From contig NC_086098.1 in the NCBI RefSeq assembly GCF_963921235.1, forward strand, positions 7,564,001 to 7,628,000: a stretch of 64,000 nt of DNA, given 5' to 3'. Each line of letters starts with the position of its first letter. The first letter of the stretch is position 1. The stretch comes from Mobula hypostoma (taxonomy: Eukaryota). Positions 34,420-45,639 of the stretch are shown here, in pieces. A program made the translations under genes and the position numbers. The notes under the pieces were generated by a model. It was given only the letters and a program-made list of their open reading frames with translations. It ran no database searches and had not been told where the DNA came from.

Positions 34420-35190
34420 ATATCATTTGTGAAAGAAGACTCCAAGTCAAGGGCGTACAGTGCAAGCCCACCATCAAGCATACTTTCTTCAGCCAATGAT
34501 TGGTGTGTTAAGGCCGACCTGAATGGGAAAGGCAGTTTCCCGGAGCAAATAGCTTTCACCACATAGCGTCCAGATATAATCGTATGGTCTGACATCAGTA
34601 GAGAAGTGGTTATTAGTGAACTCCCAGCCCCCCAGGAAGACAACATCGATGAAGCCCGTGATCGCAAGTTAACCAAGTATGCAGAATTAAGATCAGAGTG
34701 CAGAGACAGAGGGTGGAAGGTCTTATGCTATCTATTCAAAGCAGGTTGCCGTGGCTTTATTGCATTCACTTTCCAGAAGTGGCTGCGTGACCTTGGCTTC
34801 ACTAGAAGAGAGATCAAGTCAACCAGCAGGGCTGTAGCTGACGCAGCAGAGAAAGGATCAGCATGGGTGTGGACCAAGTACGTCCAGAGGGGAAAATAGT
34901 CAGACAGTGTATACATATCTTGCAAACCCTTCAGTAGTTGCATAGACATCTGAAGAGCAGACTATCTGTTGGATGGAAGTGACCAACAACTCTGATAGAG
35001 GCAGATGCCAAGTTTTTCAGCTCCCCAGTGGGAGGTGGTGCTTTAGCACTGCTGGCCCACCACCTCGAGGGAGTCTTGATCATAAGTGGGCAGAAACTCC
35101 TGAAGACAGGTGGCAGATCAACTGATGATCCCACTGGTGATAGCACAGGACAGTTAACATCTTAGTCCAAGTGTATTTTCAATTCAATTC
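34420..35190 (+). mobile_element. Hero-clade non-LTR retrotransposon 3' end: restriction-like endonuclease plus 3' UTR
   Basis: ISFVKE...DWCVKADL...FPEQIAFTT*RPDIIVWS...VISELPAPQED...RKLTKYAEL...AGCRGFI, a PD-(D/E)xK-type RLE; premature TAG at 34564-34566; natural stop at 34899. Confidence 0.88.
35060..35135 (+). ncRNA. Candidate non-circularly permuted (pseudoknotted) hammerhead ribozyme in the Hero 3' UTR
   Basis: GUC at 35073-35075, GAAA at 35093-35096, CUGAUGA at 35122-35128; stem I TTGATC/GATCAA, stem II TCCCACT/AGTGGG(C)A, stem III GGAGT/ACTCC extended by CCACCT/AGGTGG. Confidence 0.8.
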
Positions 35191-35996
35191 TAGTGGTGAA
35201 TTCTTACACCTTCTAACAACATTCCTTTAATTATGCAGAGCATCTGTTGACAACACTCTGGGGCATATGTCTGGGTTCACAGTAAACATTTGATCATGCA
35301 ATAAAGTTAATTTACTCAGTAAACAGTCATGACTGAAGAAAAGTGAAAGAAACAGAAATTATGATAGAAAATACATTAACTTCCCCTGACTAAAATTTGG
35401 TAATTTCAGCAGGAAATTCATGAGAAGAGCAGAGTCACATATAAATATGTTCATTATAGCAGTCTCTCTCACTCACAGCAACACATTGACTGTGGTTTCA
35501 CATAATCATCTCACCTCTGCCTAGGAATGCCACAGATCTTATATGGAGCATTATTTAAAATGGAAGATGACCCAATGCCATCACAAACATTTCCACTGTG
35601 GTTTTTTTTCCCACAAAGCTGTACAAAAAAGTCATCCAGCTTAATCCTAACAGAGACTAGATTGATGGGTAGGTTATCCAAATGGCAAACTGGTGCAGTG
35701 GGAGTGCCAGGAGAAATCTTAAAGCTTGAAGTTCTTTTCAATATATAATATTCACCTTCTATCCATTATCTAAGACCATCCATTTTTTCCCATTGAACTA
35801 TTCGATATGTTTGTACTGTAATTAAAATACTTTTTAAAAAATTACCTTCAGATCCATGTAACCAAATATGGAGACCAGTTCATTGAATCGGAATTAGAAT
35901 CAGATTTAATATGCTGTGAAATTTGTTGTTTTGCAGCAGGCAATAGATAATTAAAATATTACAAAAAAGAAAAATATATATATATATGCATACACA

Positions 35997-36450
35997 CAGT
36001 ACTGTGGAAATGTCTTAGATATATATATGTGTGCGAGCTAGGGAGCCCTAAGTCTTTTGCACAGTACTGTAGACATTTTGTGTATTGCACTGTATTGCTA
36101 GCACAAAAAAACAAATTGGATGACACGTGAATGATGATAAACCTGATTCTGATATGGGTTTCTTTTGTGGATTGACAGTGGGAAGTGAGCAGGGAGAGGG
36201 GAGGGAGCAGGAAGCACCAGAGAGATATTCTGTAATGATCAATAAACTAATAGTTTAGAATCAAATTACCTTACGTGGGGTCTCAGGGCTGGCTGTGTCT
36301 GCACCCGCACAACACCCCTCCCACAGGGCTCCACCCTCATCATTCCTAACATCCTTTGCTCCCGCCAGATTTTCAAACTTGCTCTCTGCTTCTTGTTGAC
36401 AAATACAGTACTCTACAAAGTCTTAGGCACCCTAGCTATATATATCTAAG
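35997..36450 (-). mobile_element. Composite element bounded by short CAGTACTGTG...CACAGTACTG hairpins, copy 1
   Basis: Body is the reverse complement of 39815-41385 and 58445-58900. Confidence 0.7.
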
Positions 36451-37043
36451 TGCACCAAGTTCCTGGGAGTACACATCAGGGGTGACCTCACTTGGTCCCT
36501 CAATATCACCCCCTAAATAGGGAGGCACAGTGGATTCTCCCCTTCCTGAGTGAGGCTGCTCCCCCACCCCCTATCTTGACTGAATTTTACAGGAGCACCA
36601 TTGAGAGTGTCCGGACAAGCTGCAGCTCTGTCTGGTCTGGGAGCAGCCGAGCATCGGACTGGAAGTCCCTACAAAGGACTGTAAAAATGGCTGGAAGGAT
36701 CATTAGGGGTCTCCCTACCATCCTTCGGGGACATTTATCAGGAGCGCTGTGGACACAGGGCCCTTAGTATTATTAAGGATCCCACCCATCCACCCAGCGT
36801 CCTCTTTGACTTCCTACCATCAGGCAGGAGCCTCTGATGCATAAAGACAAGAGCAGTCAGGATGAGAAACAGTTTCTTCCCTCAGGCCATCAGGCTTCAG
36901 AAATCCCTGCAGCATTGTATTCCTACTCATTTGTTCTATCTCTTACAATATTTAATTTATGCTCTTGACTGTGTTTACTTATGCATAACTCACTTGTAGA
37001 TTTTCCTCCTACTTTCCTAAGTTATTGTGTGTTAGGTCTGTTA

Positions 37044-37503
37044 TAGAAACATAGAAACATAGAAAATAGGTGCAGGAGTAGGCCATTCGGCCCTTCGAGC
37101 CTGCACCGCCATTCAGTATGATCATGGCTGATCATCCAACTCAGAACCCCGCCCCAGCCTTCCCTCCATACCCCCTGACCCCCATAGCCACAAGGGCCAT
37201 ATCTAACTCCCTCTTAAATATAGCCAATGAACTGGCCTCAACTGTTTCCTGTGGCAGAGAATTCCACAGATTCACCACTCTCTGTGTGAAGAAGTTTTTC
37301 CTCATCTCGGTCCTAAAAGGCTTCCCCTCTATCCTCAAATTGTGGCCCCTCGTTCTGGACTTCCCCAACATCGGGAACAATCTTCCTGCATCTAGCCTGT
37401 CCAATCCCTTTAGGATCTTATACGTTTCAATCAGATCCCCCCTCAATCTTCTAAATTCCAACGAGTACAAGCCCAGTTCATCCAGTCTTTCTTCATATGA
37501 AAG
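37044..37503 (-). mobile_element. Young 5'-truncated CR1
   Basis: Open frame YSLEFRRLRGDLIETYKIL...FFTQRVVNLWNSLP; (ATAGAAAC)n tail. Confidence 0.92.
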
Positions 37504-39745
37504 TCAAATTTATGAAAGTTATGTGTGCTTTACACCCGGGTTCAGAGAAACGACATTTAATAGTCTACATGTACATAGTTAAATGACAATAAACTTGACT
37601 TGACGTGACCTGACTATTCCATGTGTCCATTCTGTCACTCTATTTATAATAGAACTCATTGACTGGAAATTTATTCCCAGTTGATACTTAAACATTCTGT
37701 GTTTAAAAGATAAAGATGACAGTAGTAAGAGTAGGTACGGTAATATTATGCCACTAGGTATCAGCTGCGGATGAATTTCCAGTAAGTAAGCTCGGATAAG
37801 AAGTGGGGCAAGGGGAAGGAGTACGAGCTGGGAGGTGGTGCGTGAAGCCAGGTGAGGGGAGGAGAGGGAGTTGGGCGGTTCATCTCCTGGGTGGGATGAA
37901 GTGAGAAGCTGGAAGGTGATAGGTGAAAAAGGTAGAGGGCTGATAGTAGAGTTCAAAAGTCGATGTATTATCAAAGTATGTACGTATTATACAATCTTGA
38001 AATTCATCTCCTTATAGGCAGCCACAAAACAAGGAATCCTGAAACAAACCCAGCAAAAAAAAATCAAACCACCCAATGCGCAGAGGGAAAGAAAATCGTG
38101 CACACAATAAAAGTAAGCAAATAGCATTCACAGCTGAAGTTTAACGAAAGACGCAAAGCCAGAGAGTATTGTGGCTGGAGGAAGTCACAGCCTCGCTTCA
38201 TCACAGAGCTGAGGAATCACCATGGAGCAATGAGCTGAACAGAGCAGGATCAGCCTGTCCCTCCCCTCACCTCTGGTCCCGGCATCCTGACCTTTTCAAT
38301 CTGGCTGGGGGCTTAAATCATCCAAACATTCGGTTATTCCTCACTTTCGGACATCTCTTGCACCAGAACCCTGCAGCCATGATTCAGCCTAAAACGACCT
38401 TTCCAATTCGGCCCAGCACTTAAATCGATGAGACATCGGGACTTTTCTTAGTCTTAGACCTGGCCCTGCCACATAGATATGCTCTCGAGCTTCCCGCCCC
38501 ACCAGTATGATTCAGCACGTACCCAGCCTGGCACTTAAATTAATCAGACATTGGGACTTCACTTGCTCTCGCCTCCATTTGCCTCCACCATGCCTCTCCT
38601 TTGCCTCTTCCTCCACTTGCTTAGCCTCACCTCTGCACGACTCTCCATTCACTGTAGACCATGGGAGGAAAGGATGGAGGAGGGGCACCAGAGAGAGGTG
38701 GAACTACGTTTTTGTAAAGTGGAAGGGAAATGCAAAGGAGCCGAATTTCTTTTGATCCGGAAGATATTGAGGGTGAAATTTTTGCCTCAGGCAGCAGTGC
38801 TAAATGGGGGGTAGTAAATCAGCATCCCTTTTTACTCCCTGCCTGATTATCTTTTCCATTAACTTTAATGTTTAAAGCGGGCTGCCAATTTTCCATCCTC
38901 CATTTGATGCTACCACCCAAGAAGAATGTCATCCTAATTATTCACAGACGATGGTTTACCTCATCAAACTGCGTATTTGTAAATGAACAGCAAATGATTT
39001 GCCCAACATTGCCTCTTGAAAGCAATGCCACTTTAACAGCTTAATTACCTGCCTGTTATTTCAGTTCTCTCTGTTCTGTGAATCTCTGTACGACATGCCG
39101 ATTTCATTACAAGTACTCCAAACACATTTGACTCTGTCGCTGGAATGAGATATGAAACACAATTGGAGATTTGATTTCAGAGAAATATGTTTCAGGCCAC
39201 GGCTTTACACTACAAGTGAATAAATGCTCTGTTGCAGGGGTAATTTGATTGCTGTGTGTTGAGAACATGGATGATAAATAATTCTGTTTATGTCTTTAGC
39301 TTTAGTTTTTTCCCCTTTGAACTCTTGCAAGTTCTAACCAAATCACTTTTTGTTTGAATTGTAAAATATGTCGGTACTTCCTCTGGGTGAGCAATATTAT
39401 AAAATGAAGCACCTCTCAATAAAAGGGTTTATGAAAGCACAACGTGTGAATTTTGCAGAAATGGGAAACAAACTACAATTGTAAGAATGTGCAAAATATT
39501 GGAAAAGTTAGAGTGTTAAAGGTTGTACTGGCCGTAAGCCTGATACGAATTATGAGCAATGCAGATATCAAAAACTTGCTGGTGCAAGGAACTGGGAAAA
39601 ATACATTCTGCATTTTTGCTGTCAAATTAGTATCAGAATTAGGTTTGATATCACTGGCAAACATCAGCCATTTTGTTGTTATGCAGCAGCAGTACAGGGA
39701 AATACATAATAATAAAAAACTATAAATTACAATAAGAAACATTTA

Positions 39746-41385
39746 TACTGTACCGGGCAAAAGTTTTAGGCACGTATATAGCTAAGGTGCTTTAAGATTT
39801 TTACACAGTACTGTATTTGACTATGTGGAGCATAGAGAGAGTTTGGGAATCTGGCGGGAGCAAACAATGTTGGGAATTGCGAGGGTGGAGTGCTGCGGGA
39901 AGGGTGTGGGACAGGTGGCAGAGAAGGACTGCTAGAGGTTGGGGGGACTATGCACCGGTTGCCCACACTCTCGAAGACTTACAGGTGATCATCAGTCGCT
40001 TTGCCAGTGCAGCCAAAAGCTTCGGACTGACAATCAGCCTGAAAAAGATGGTGGTTTTGTACCAACCGGCTCCTGGCTCAAGCTACGAAGAACCAACTGT
40101 CCTCATTGATGACACTCGTCTCAATGCTGTCAATAAGATTTGCATAATAACATCTTCAGCTTCTCTAGATGTAGAGATTGAGTCAAGAACCAGAAAAGCC
40201 TGCTTTGCCTTTGGTCAGCTGAAAGATCGAGTTTGGTCACAGAACGTCAGGTTGGCCACCAAGTGCAAGGTATACAGGGCCGTTGTCATATCAACCTTGT
40301 TATACGGATGTGAGACATGCTGCCTATATCAGAGACACTTACGCCAGCTTGACCAACTGCAGCAGCGTCACCTACGTTCTCTGATGAAGATCACCTGGCG
40401 AGACAAGGTCTCCAATACTGAGGTCCTCCCTCGAGCCGGAATGCCAGCCGTTTCAACCTTGGTGATGTCAGCCCAACTGCGCCGGGCAGGACATGTTGTC
40501 AGAATGCCTAACGGAAGACTGTCCAAGGACATCTTGTACGGCCAACTGTCCAGTGGTACCCAAAAACGAGGAGGCTGCGACTACGGTACAAGGATGTTCT
40601 GCACAGGAGCCTCAAGAAAGCTGACATTGCCCTATCAACATGGGAGAGTCTGGCTCAAGATCGCTCACAGTGGAGAGAGGCCATCAGAAAAGGTGTGGAC
40701 GCTGCTGAGAACAAGCTCAACGAGGCAACAGAGAAAAGGCACAGGAAACACCACAACAGAGCTTCTGACCCGATGCCCCTCCAGGCCTCACCTGCCAAGT
40801 ATGTGGCAAGCAGTGACTGTCAAGGATTGGCCTGCATAGCCACTCCAGGATGCACATATCAAACCCCACTAACTGACTGAAAGGAACCATCATCATCCTA
40901 TGGGATGGGTAGCCAGAGAGAGAGAGTGGGTCAGGAGGCAGAGAAGGATTGCCAGAAGAGGGGGGAGGTGAAACAGGTGCAGACACATCCAACCCTGAGA
41001 CACCAGGCAAGGTCATTTGATTACGAACAATTGGTTTATTAATCAGTACAGAATGTGTCCCTGATGCTTCCTACTTCCTCCCATCTCCCTTCTCCTTTTC
41101 CCAACCATGACTCCCCTCTCGCTCTCCACTATCAATCCACAATAGAGACCCATTTTGGGCACTCCTCTGTTTTTGTGGATGGTTGTGAAGAAAAAGAATT
41201 TCAGGATGAATATTGTATACATTTCTCTGACATTAAATGTACCTTTGAAACCTTTGAAACCATATCAGAAACAGTTTATCGATAATCACTTACATATACA
41301 ATGAAATGTGTTTTGTTTTTTGTGATAGCAGTACAGTGTAATACATAAAATTATGACAGTACTGTGCCTAACATTTTGCACAACA
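39746..41385 (+). mobile_element. Hairpin-bounded composite element, copy 2, carrying RTE and short LINE-tail insertions
   Basis: Colinear with 58445-58900 once 39947-40925 and ~41150-41270 are removed. Confidence 0.7.
39947..40925 (+). mobile_element. RTE-clade LINE, 5'-truncated
   Basis: AHTLEDLQVIISRFASAAKSFGLTISLKK...TKCKVYRAVVISTLLYGCE...QLRRAGHVVRM...ILYGQL; (GA)n tail. Confidence 0.9.
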
Positions 41386-41799
41386 TTGGTTCACGTGAGA
41401 TAGCATAGATAAGGACATGAGGTAGTGTTCATTGTCCATTCAGAAATCTGATGGCAGAGGTGAAGAAGCTGTTCCTGAAACATTGAGTGCATGTCTGTAG
41501 GCTCCTGTACCTCCTTCTTGATGTCCTGGGTGGTGGGAAATCTCCATTTCCTCAGGTCTTGATAGTTCCATATTATCTCAGACAGTTATTTTGCAAGGGA
41601 AAAGAATCCCAGGAGTTGAACATTTGAGTATAACAACAGAAAATGCTGGAATCAGTAAGTATATTTACAATCAGAAGTCTGACATTGAGATTGTTGGTGG
41701 ACCTTAGTCTGGATCGATCTAATCTAATTTTGGTATAGAATTTACGGTTCACTCCATTATAAAGTTTTTTCTTGCAAGCTAAGCTTTTGTTGACATCGT

Positions 41800-44357
41800 T
41801 TATCTGAAGAATGCACCCTAACAGGTGTATGTAACAAGTAATCTCTGGTTTGTACCAGTGGCTTCCAGGAAAGACTGGATGGTGGTGCTGGAGAGACAGA
41901 TGACCTCCAAGAAAAACTGGCATCGGCTCACAAGGATAGCAACCTCACAAGAGGGCACCATTCTAGGTACAATTGAACACGAAGAGCAATACCCTCAGAG
42001 TCTCCCGAGAGGGGGGGAGGATGAGAGACTCATCGGGATGGTCGTACCGGCAACGTCCAGGACAGGAAGCACGACTATGAGGAAGCTAAAGCAAACAACA
42101 CTGAATTCACGGTAAGGTGTCATTGCGGGGAAGTCTGCAAAAACTTCAGAGGGTTCAAGATACACCAGAGCAGGTCTAGATGTGGATCAATGGTGACCCA
42201 AGTACCAGCCACGGACTTTGTGTCCGGTGAGACGAAGGAGAATTCCAGCCAGGAAGCACCCCACAGAGCTGAAGATCTCTCCGCACTTGAGTTATCTCAG
42301 CACCCAACAACAGACCAGGTGAGTTCCTCTTCGGCTACCCCAATCCATTCGTCAAGGAAAGATGGGATCAGATGGCCTAGATCATCAGACAACATCGCCT
42401 GGATGCAGTTCAATGATGATTTAGACAGCATCCTGGAAGTTGCCTTAGCAGGTCCAGTACACAGAAAGATCGACTCACTTACAGCCAGCGTACAATCTAG
42501 CTAAGGAACGATTTGGCCCAATGGAGTGGAGAAGCCAACCTGAGTTACCGCGACAACCAAATAGGAGGGAAAGGGAGGTTCGTCGTTTGAGAGGCGAATT
42601 AAAGACGCTCAACAAGAGGTTTAAAACCAGCTCACCGGCAGAAAAGGAGGTATCGAGGGCTTAACCTGTATGCTGCGGAAAAAGCTATGCAAACTCCAGA
42701 AGGCGGAACATCTACGACAGCAAAGAAAGAAGAAAGAGAAAAGGCGAGCGCAGTTTATGAGAGATCCATTCAGTTTCACCAGGACTCTTCTTGGCCAACA
42801 AAAATCTGGTATACTATCCAGCTCGAAGCCAGAGGTAGAGGAGTTCCTGCGGGAGGCACACAGTGACCCACGGAGGGGTCAGGGACTGGGAACCAATCAG
42901 GCTGTGCGTGGACCGGAAAAACCATCAATTGAGCTGAATGTGAAGGAGCCTACATGGCAGGAAATCCAGGACATCATCCAGAAAGCTAAAGCATCAGCTG
43001 CCCCAGGTCCAAGCGGCGTACCTTGTATGGTGTATAAGAAATGACCAAAACTTCTTCGGAGGCTGTGGAAGGTCATGAGGAAGAACTGGGCCAAAGGTAC
43101 TATTCCATCAAGTTGGAAATTGGCAGAGGGATGCTTTATTCCAAAGGAAGAGGTTTCTTCCACTATTGCCCAGTTTAGGACAATTTCTCTCCTGGATGTG
43201 TAATGTAAAATTTTCTTTTCTGTGCTCGCAAGAAGGCTGACTTCTTACATGACGCAGGACCGCTATATCAACACATCCATCCAGAAAGACAGTATTCCAG
43301 GCTTTTCGAGGTGTCTGGAACACACCTCAATGGTTAGCCATTTGATCCGTGAGGCTAAGCAGAAAAATGATGACCTAACAGTTGTCTGGTTAGACCTCGC
43401 GATCGCCTACGGGTCTATTCCACATGACCTCATCCTAGAAGGACTTGACCACTACTACATCCCAGTGGCTAATCGATACATGATCACCAGCTACCTAGGA
43501 GGATTCAAACTCAGATTTACATCAGCCCATTTCACAACTAGTTAGCAGGACCTCCAGAAGGGGATTCCAACAGGGTGCACCATATCCCCCACCCTATCTA
43601 TTATGGGAATGAACCTCCTAATATCAGCAGCAGGAGATGTTGTTCAGCCGGCTCTACGAGGGTTCATGGATGACATCACTATAACAACTGTGTCACATGT
43701 CCAAGCAAGATGGTATTGGAAACCCTGGACAATGTAGCCACTTGGGTGAGGATGTCCTTCAAGGCCAAGAAATCCAGGTGCATGGTGATCAGAAAGGGCA
43801 AAGTTACTAGCAAGTTTAGCCTCTAAGTTCAGGGTGAGGTCATCCCTTCCATCAAAGATAACTCGATAAAATGCTTGGGGAAGTGGTTTAATGTGTCACT
43901 GACAGATGGGGCCAATGTCACCAATGCTGTGAAGCAGACAGATGAATGGCTGAAGAAGATTGACAAATCCGGACTTCCGGGTAAATTCAAGACCAATTCA
44001 GCATTCTGCCCAGGCTTCTCTGGCTCTTCACACTTTATGAGTTCCCCATGACTGCCGTAGAGGGCATCGAGAGGAAAACCAACAAGCACCTGCGGAGATG
44101 GTTGGGAGTTCCCCCAAGCTTCTCTTCAGTGGGGCTCTGTATTCGATCTGGGCAACTGCAGCTTCCCCTGTCATCTGTTGTGGAGGAATTCAAGGTGGCA
44201 AAATGCAGAGACTTATTAAGCTTGAGAGATTCCAAAGACATCTTGGTAAAGCAAGCAGGCGTTACAACCAGATCTGGGTGCAAGTGGGCAGCCAACGCAG
44301 CTGTGGAGCAGGCAGTGTGTTCTCTGAAGCTGCGAGATATCATCGGCAACCCCTGTA
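41800..44357 (+). mobile_element. Hero-clade non-LTR retrotransposon, 5' part (zinc finger plus RT), 3'-deleted and degenerate
   Basis: N-terminal CHCGEVCKNFRGFKIHQSRSRC; SAAPGPSGV, FRTISLLDV, CLEHTS, VVWLDLAIAYGSIPH, GIPTGCTISP, GFMDD (43663-43674), HLRRWLGVP; several stops and frameshifts. Confidence 0.9.
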
Positions 44358-44397
44358 TTTTACAGATTAAAAGATTAGCTTTATTGGTCACATGGAA

Positions 44398-45545
44398 CCA
44401 TAGAAAAGTACAGCACATAACCAGTGCCTTTGGTCTATCTAGTCCATGCCAAATTATTTAAACTGCCTACACCCATCAATCCTCACTGGGACCATAGCCC
44501 TCCATACTCCTACCATCCATGTATCTATCCAAGCTTCCCTTAAATGTTGAAATCGAGCTTGCATGCACCACTTGTGCTGACAAATCATTCTACACTCTCG
44601 CTAGCCTCTGAGTGAACAAGCTCCCCCCCCCCCATGTTCCCCTTAAACTATTCACCTTTCACCCATAGCCCATGACTTCTGGTTGTAGTCCCACCCAACC
44701 TCAGTGAAAAATGACTTCTTGCATTTACCCTATCTATACCCCTTATAATTTTGTATACCTGTGTAGCCCCCCGGCCAGCCTTAGGGTCGCTCGGCTCGCT
44801 GTCGTCTGGGGAAACAGCCCTTGGCCCTGGCAAACTGGGTAATTAGTTTGTGTGGATGCTGTGTGATGTACCCCACCCCGCCCAAATAACAGACAATACA
44901 CCAGATACGATTAAATGATTTACAGTTTATAGATATTACTGGAACTATATAATTAATAGAGAATAAAATATAAAAGGAAAATAAAAGGTGCCACACTTAT
45001 CAAAGTTCAATCTTTTTGCGCACAAACCGTTGGAGCTCGGGACCTTTCTTCTTCACCCTGCGACCCCCGGACCACCTCAACCGGCCGCCTGGGACCAACA
45101 ACAGTGGTCAACCAGATGCTCCACACGAGTCCGTCTCCGTCTCCCCTCCTCGCCGAATGCCCCGCTCGGGGTCCGACCCCATTAGCGGACTCACAGCACC
45201 TGCTCCATCCTCTGTCTCTCTCTCCCGCCTTCTGCCCCAAAACCCCGCGCATACAGTATCTTCAAATACACCAAGAACATAACAAATATCCTAATTGGTT
45301 TGTAACATATTCTTATCACACTCCTAACCCAAAACAAGCTGCTAACGCAAAAACTTTCTCAGCGTTTAACATAGCAAAGAAGCATTCCCAAGTATAACAT
45401 AACAAAGAAGCCATTTTAATTAGCCTACGCAGTAACATAAGAGACTAAACTCCCTTACACCTGTATCAAATTTCCTCTCAATCTTCTACGTTCTAAGGAA
45501 TACAGTCTTGACCTATTCAATATTTCCTTATAACTCAGGTCCTCT
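44398..45545 (-). mobile_element. CR1 3' fragment split by a solo LTR
   Basis: VYKIIRGIDRV remnant; the CR1 sequence continues on both sides of the CCTG TSD. Confidence 0.8.
44762..45459 (-). mobile_element. Solo LTR (698 bp)
   Basis: TGTA...TACA termini; perfect 4-bp TSD CCTG at 44758-44761 and 45460-45463. Confidence 0.88.
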
Positions 45546-45639
45546 AGTACTCCATGGACGTCAATATATAAAAAACATACAGTGAAATGCATATAGCACT
45601 TATTGTAAAACACATTGTTTTGTGTTAATCGATTGCACA

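Noticed and set aside
39817..40839. 340-aa ORF as a host gene
   Set aside because: It is a chimera of composite-element sequence and a truncated RTE RT with an internal deletion and a frameshifted end.
41855..41925. Possible second hammerhead in the Hero 5' UTR (CAGATGA...GAAA)
   Set aside because: The core is CAGAUGA rather than CUGAUGA and I found no consistent set of three stems.
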